DNA from: Macrostomum lignano
Lineage: Eukaryota
Length of the DNA: 64,000 nt
Direction: 5' to 3'
NCBI GenBank assembly: GCA_002269645.1
Contig: NIVC01002252.1
Coordinates: 62,001-126,000 of the forward strand
Below the pieces are notes generated by a model. The model did no database searches. It saw only the letters and a list, made by a program, of their open reading frames with translations, and was not told the DNA's origin. Positions 62,201-64,000 of the stretch are shown in pieces. How positions within the stretch are numbered: position 1 is the stretch's first letter; every line of letters begins with the position of its first letter. The position numbers and the translations under genes are program-made.

Positions 62201-62775
62201 GTATAGTCATGACCCACTGATGACTGATTGACAACAATGGGTTACAGGTAGTCCTGACTCACTGATGACTGATTAACAACAATGGGTTAAAGGTAGTCAT
62301 GACCCACTGATGACTGATTGACAACAATGGGTTACAGGTATAGTCATGACCCACTGATGACTGATTGACAACAATGGGTTACAGGTATAGTCATGACCCA
62401 CTGATGACTGATTGACAACAATGGGTTACAGGTATAGTCATGACCCACTGATGACTGATTGACAACAATGGGTTACAGGTAGTCCTGACCCACTGATGAC
62501 TGATTGACAACAATGGGTGAAAGGTAGTCATGACCCACTGATGACTGATTGACAACAATGGGTTACAGGTAGTCCTGACCCACTGATGACTGATTGACAA
62601 CAATGGGTGAAAGGTAGTCCTGACCCACTGATGACTGATTGACAACAATGGGTTACAGGTAGTCCTGACCCACTGATGACTGATTGACAACAATGGGTTA
62701 CAGGTAGTCCTGACCCACTGATGACTGATTGACAACAATGGGTTACAGGTAGTCCTGACCCACTGATGACTGATT
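59250..62775. repeat. 45/47-bp minisatellite, ~3.5 kb
   Basis: Unit ggtagtcatgacccactgatgactgattgacaacaatgggttaaa, with a +ta variant. Confidence 0.97.
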
Positions 62776-63439
62776 AAGACAAAAATCAATTTTAAGTTAT
62801 CTACTTGCCGCTGTGAGTAGTATACTCTGCTAAATAAAGAAACTATATACCATTAGGTGTCAAAGAATGAAAGAAAAAACACAGTTTTTACCTGGCGTCT
62901 AATATTCAATTGAGAATAATATTAGCCGTAACTAAGGCGCAATTATATAGTTTGACTATGTTTCATAACTACGACTAATTGTTTCTTTAGCATAAAGATT
63001 TGTATGAATTTTCACATGGGTAAATAATAACAAATATTATTATGTAAAGCAATAAGAAGGCACAGCACAACATACAGAAAAGCAGAGACAGATCACATCT
63101 CGACAAGAGAGATTTTAACAGAGTCAGTGCTATTAATGGAAATAATTATTGCTTAATATAGAATAAAAGTTGGGGGTGTATTATCTCAATTGCACCCAGT
63201 TACTAAATTACACTTATTGAAGTAACAATGCGATGACAATAAAAAATAACAATTTCGTATAATTATGGGAAATAATATATAATATATTTATTAGCACCGA
63301 ACAATGATGGAAGGTACGCGTAATTAAAATGAGTAATTCACCACAAGATAATTTCATATAGTCTGCTTCTGTTTACGAAAAGAAAATAATTTAAAGAACT
63401 TTTACATTATGGCTTGATAAAACAGATGAAAGTGAAATG

Positions 63440-63790
63440 AGTTTCTGTGAGAGGGTGGGTGCGAGGGTAAGAGGGTAGGTGAGAGGGTGAATGAGAGGGT
63501 AAGAGAGTAGGTGAGAGGGTAAGAAGGTGGGTGAGAGGGTAAGAGAGTAGATGAGAGGGTAAGAGGGTGGGTGAGAGGGTAAGTGAGAGGGTGGGTGAGA
63601 GGGTAAGATGGTGGGTGAGAGGGTAAGAGAGTAGGTGAGAGGGTAAGAGGGCGGGTGAGAGGGTAAGAGAGTAGGTGAGAGGGTAAGAGAGTGGGTGAGA
63701 GGGTAAGAGAGTAGGTGAGAGGGTAAGAGAGTGGGTGAGAGGGTAAGAGAGTAGGTGAGAGGGTAAGAGGGTAAGAGGGTAAGAGGGTGT
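63440..63790. repeat. 20-bp purine-rich repeat (gagggtaagagagtaggtga)
   Basis: Direct reading of the sequence. Confidence 0.9.
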
Positions 63791-64000
63791 GTAGCACTGT
63801 TGCGCTCAAGAACAGGTAACTGCAAGCTAATGAAGCCGGATACAAAACAACAAACTACTGCAATTCAAAATCTCACAACAGATAATAACCACCCCCTCCC
63901 TAAAATCGCAACTGGTAAAAAATTATTCTTAAATCTTTTCTAACGCAGCCTTGACCTCAGCGCTACCGCTGTCGGTCCTGAGCATAATGAAGCTCTGCTT

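Noticed and set aside
63945-64000. Start of a new + strand exon (LDLSATAVGPEHNEALL)
   Set aside because: An acceptor-like site is present, but the window ends and the sequence is too short to support a call.

Overview
Eukaryotic (animal) genomic DNA with spliceosomal GT-AG introns. It looks most like a free-living flatworm such as Macrostomum; this is inferred from GC-rich exons, minisatellite-filled introns and the RTE fragment type, not proven. The window has two sharply different compartments. (1) 0.3-26.3 kb is a tandem array of a receptor family I could not name: signal peptide, hypervariable CUB-like domain, atypical C-type-lectin-like domain (CTLD), variable stalk, one transmembrane (TM) helix and copy-specific cytoplasmic tails. 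It holds 7 near-full + strand copies (5 apparently intact, 2 with lesions) and 3 broken or inverted relics. Exon phases and lengths are conserved, short near-identical DNA blocks sit inside otherwise divergent genes, and at least one copy is clearly chimeric. (2) 26.7-64 kb is satellite-rich and contains a 12-exon minus-strand type I receptor (discoidin-like and Ig-like segments, TM, YxxL/YxxM tail; intron 2 is about 9 kb of a 39-bp satellite) and a 7-exon eEF2 kinase gene whose six introns are each filled by a different tandem repeat. Also present are a tRNA-derived CORE-like SINE, paired TA-flanked MITEs, an RTE fragment and a possible solo LTR. The best candidate for an undescribed system is the diversifying CUB-CTLD receptor cluster facing an Ig/discoidin signalling receptor tail-to-tail, which resembles an immune or allorecognition-type locus. 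All gene models were assembled by hand from splice phases, and domain calls come from motif recognition without database searches.
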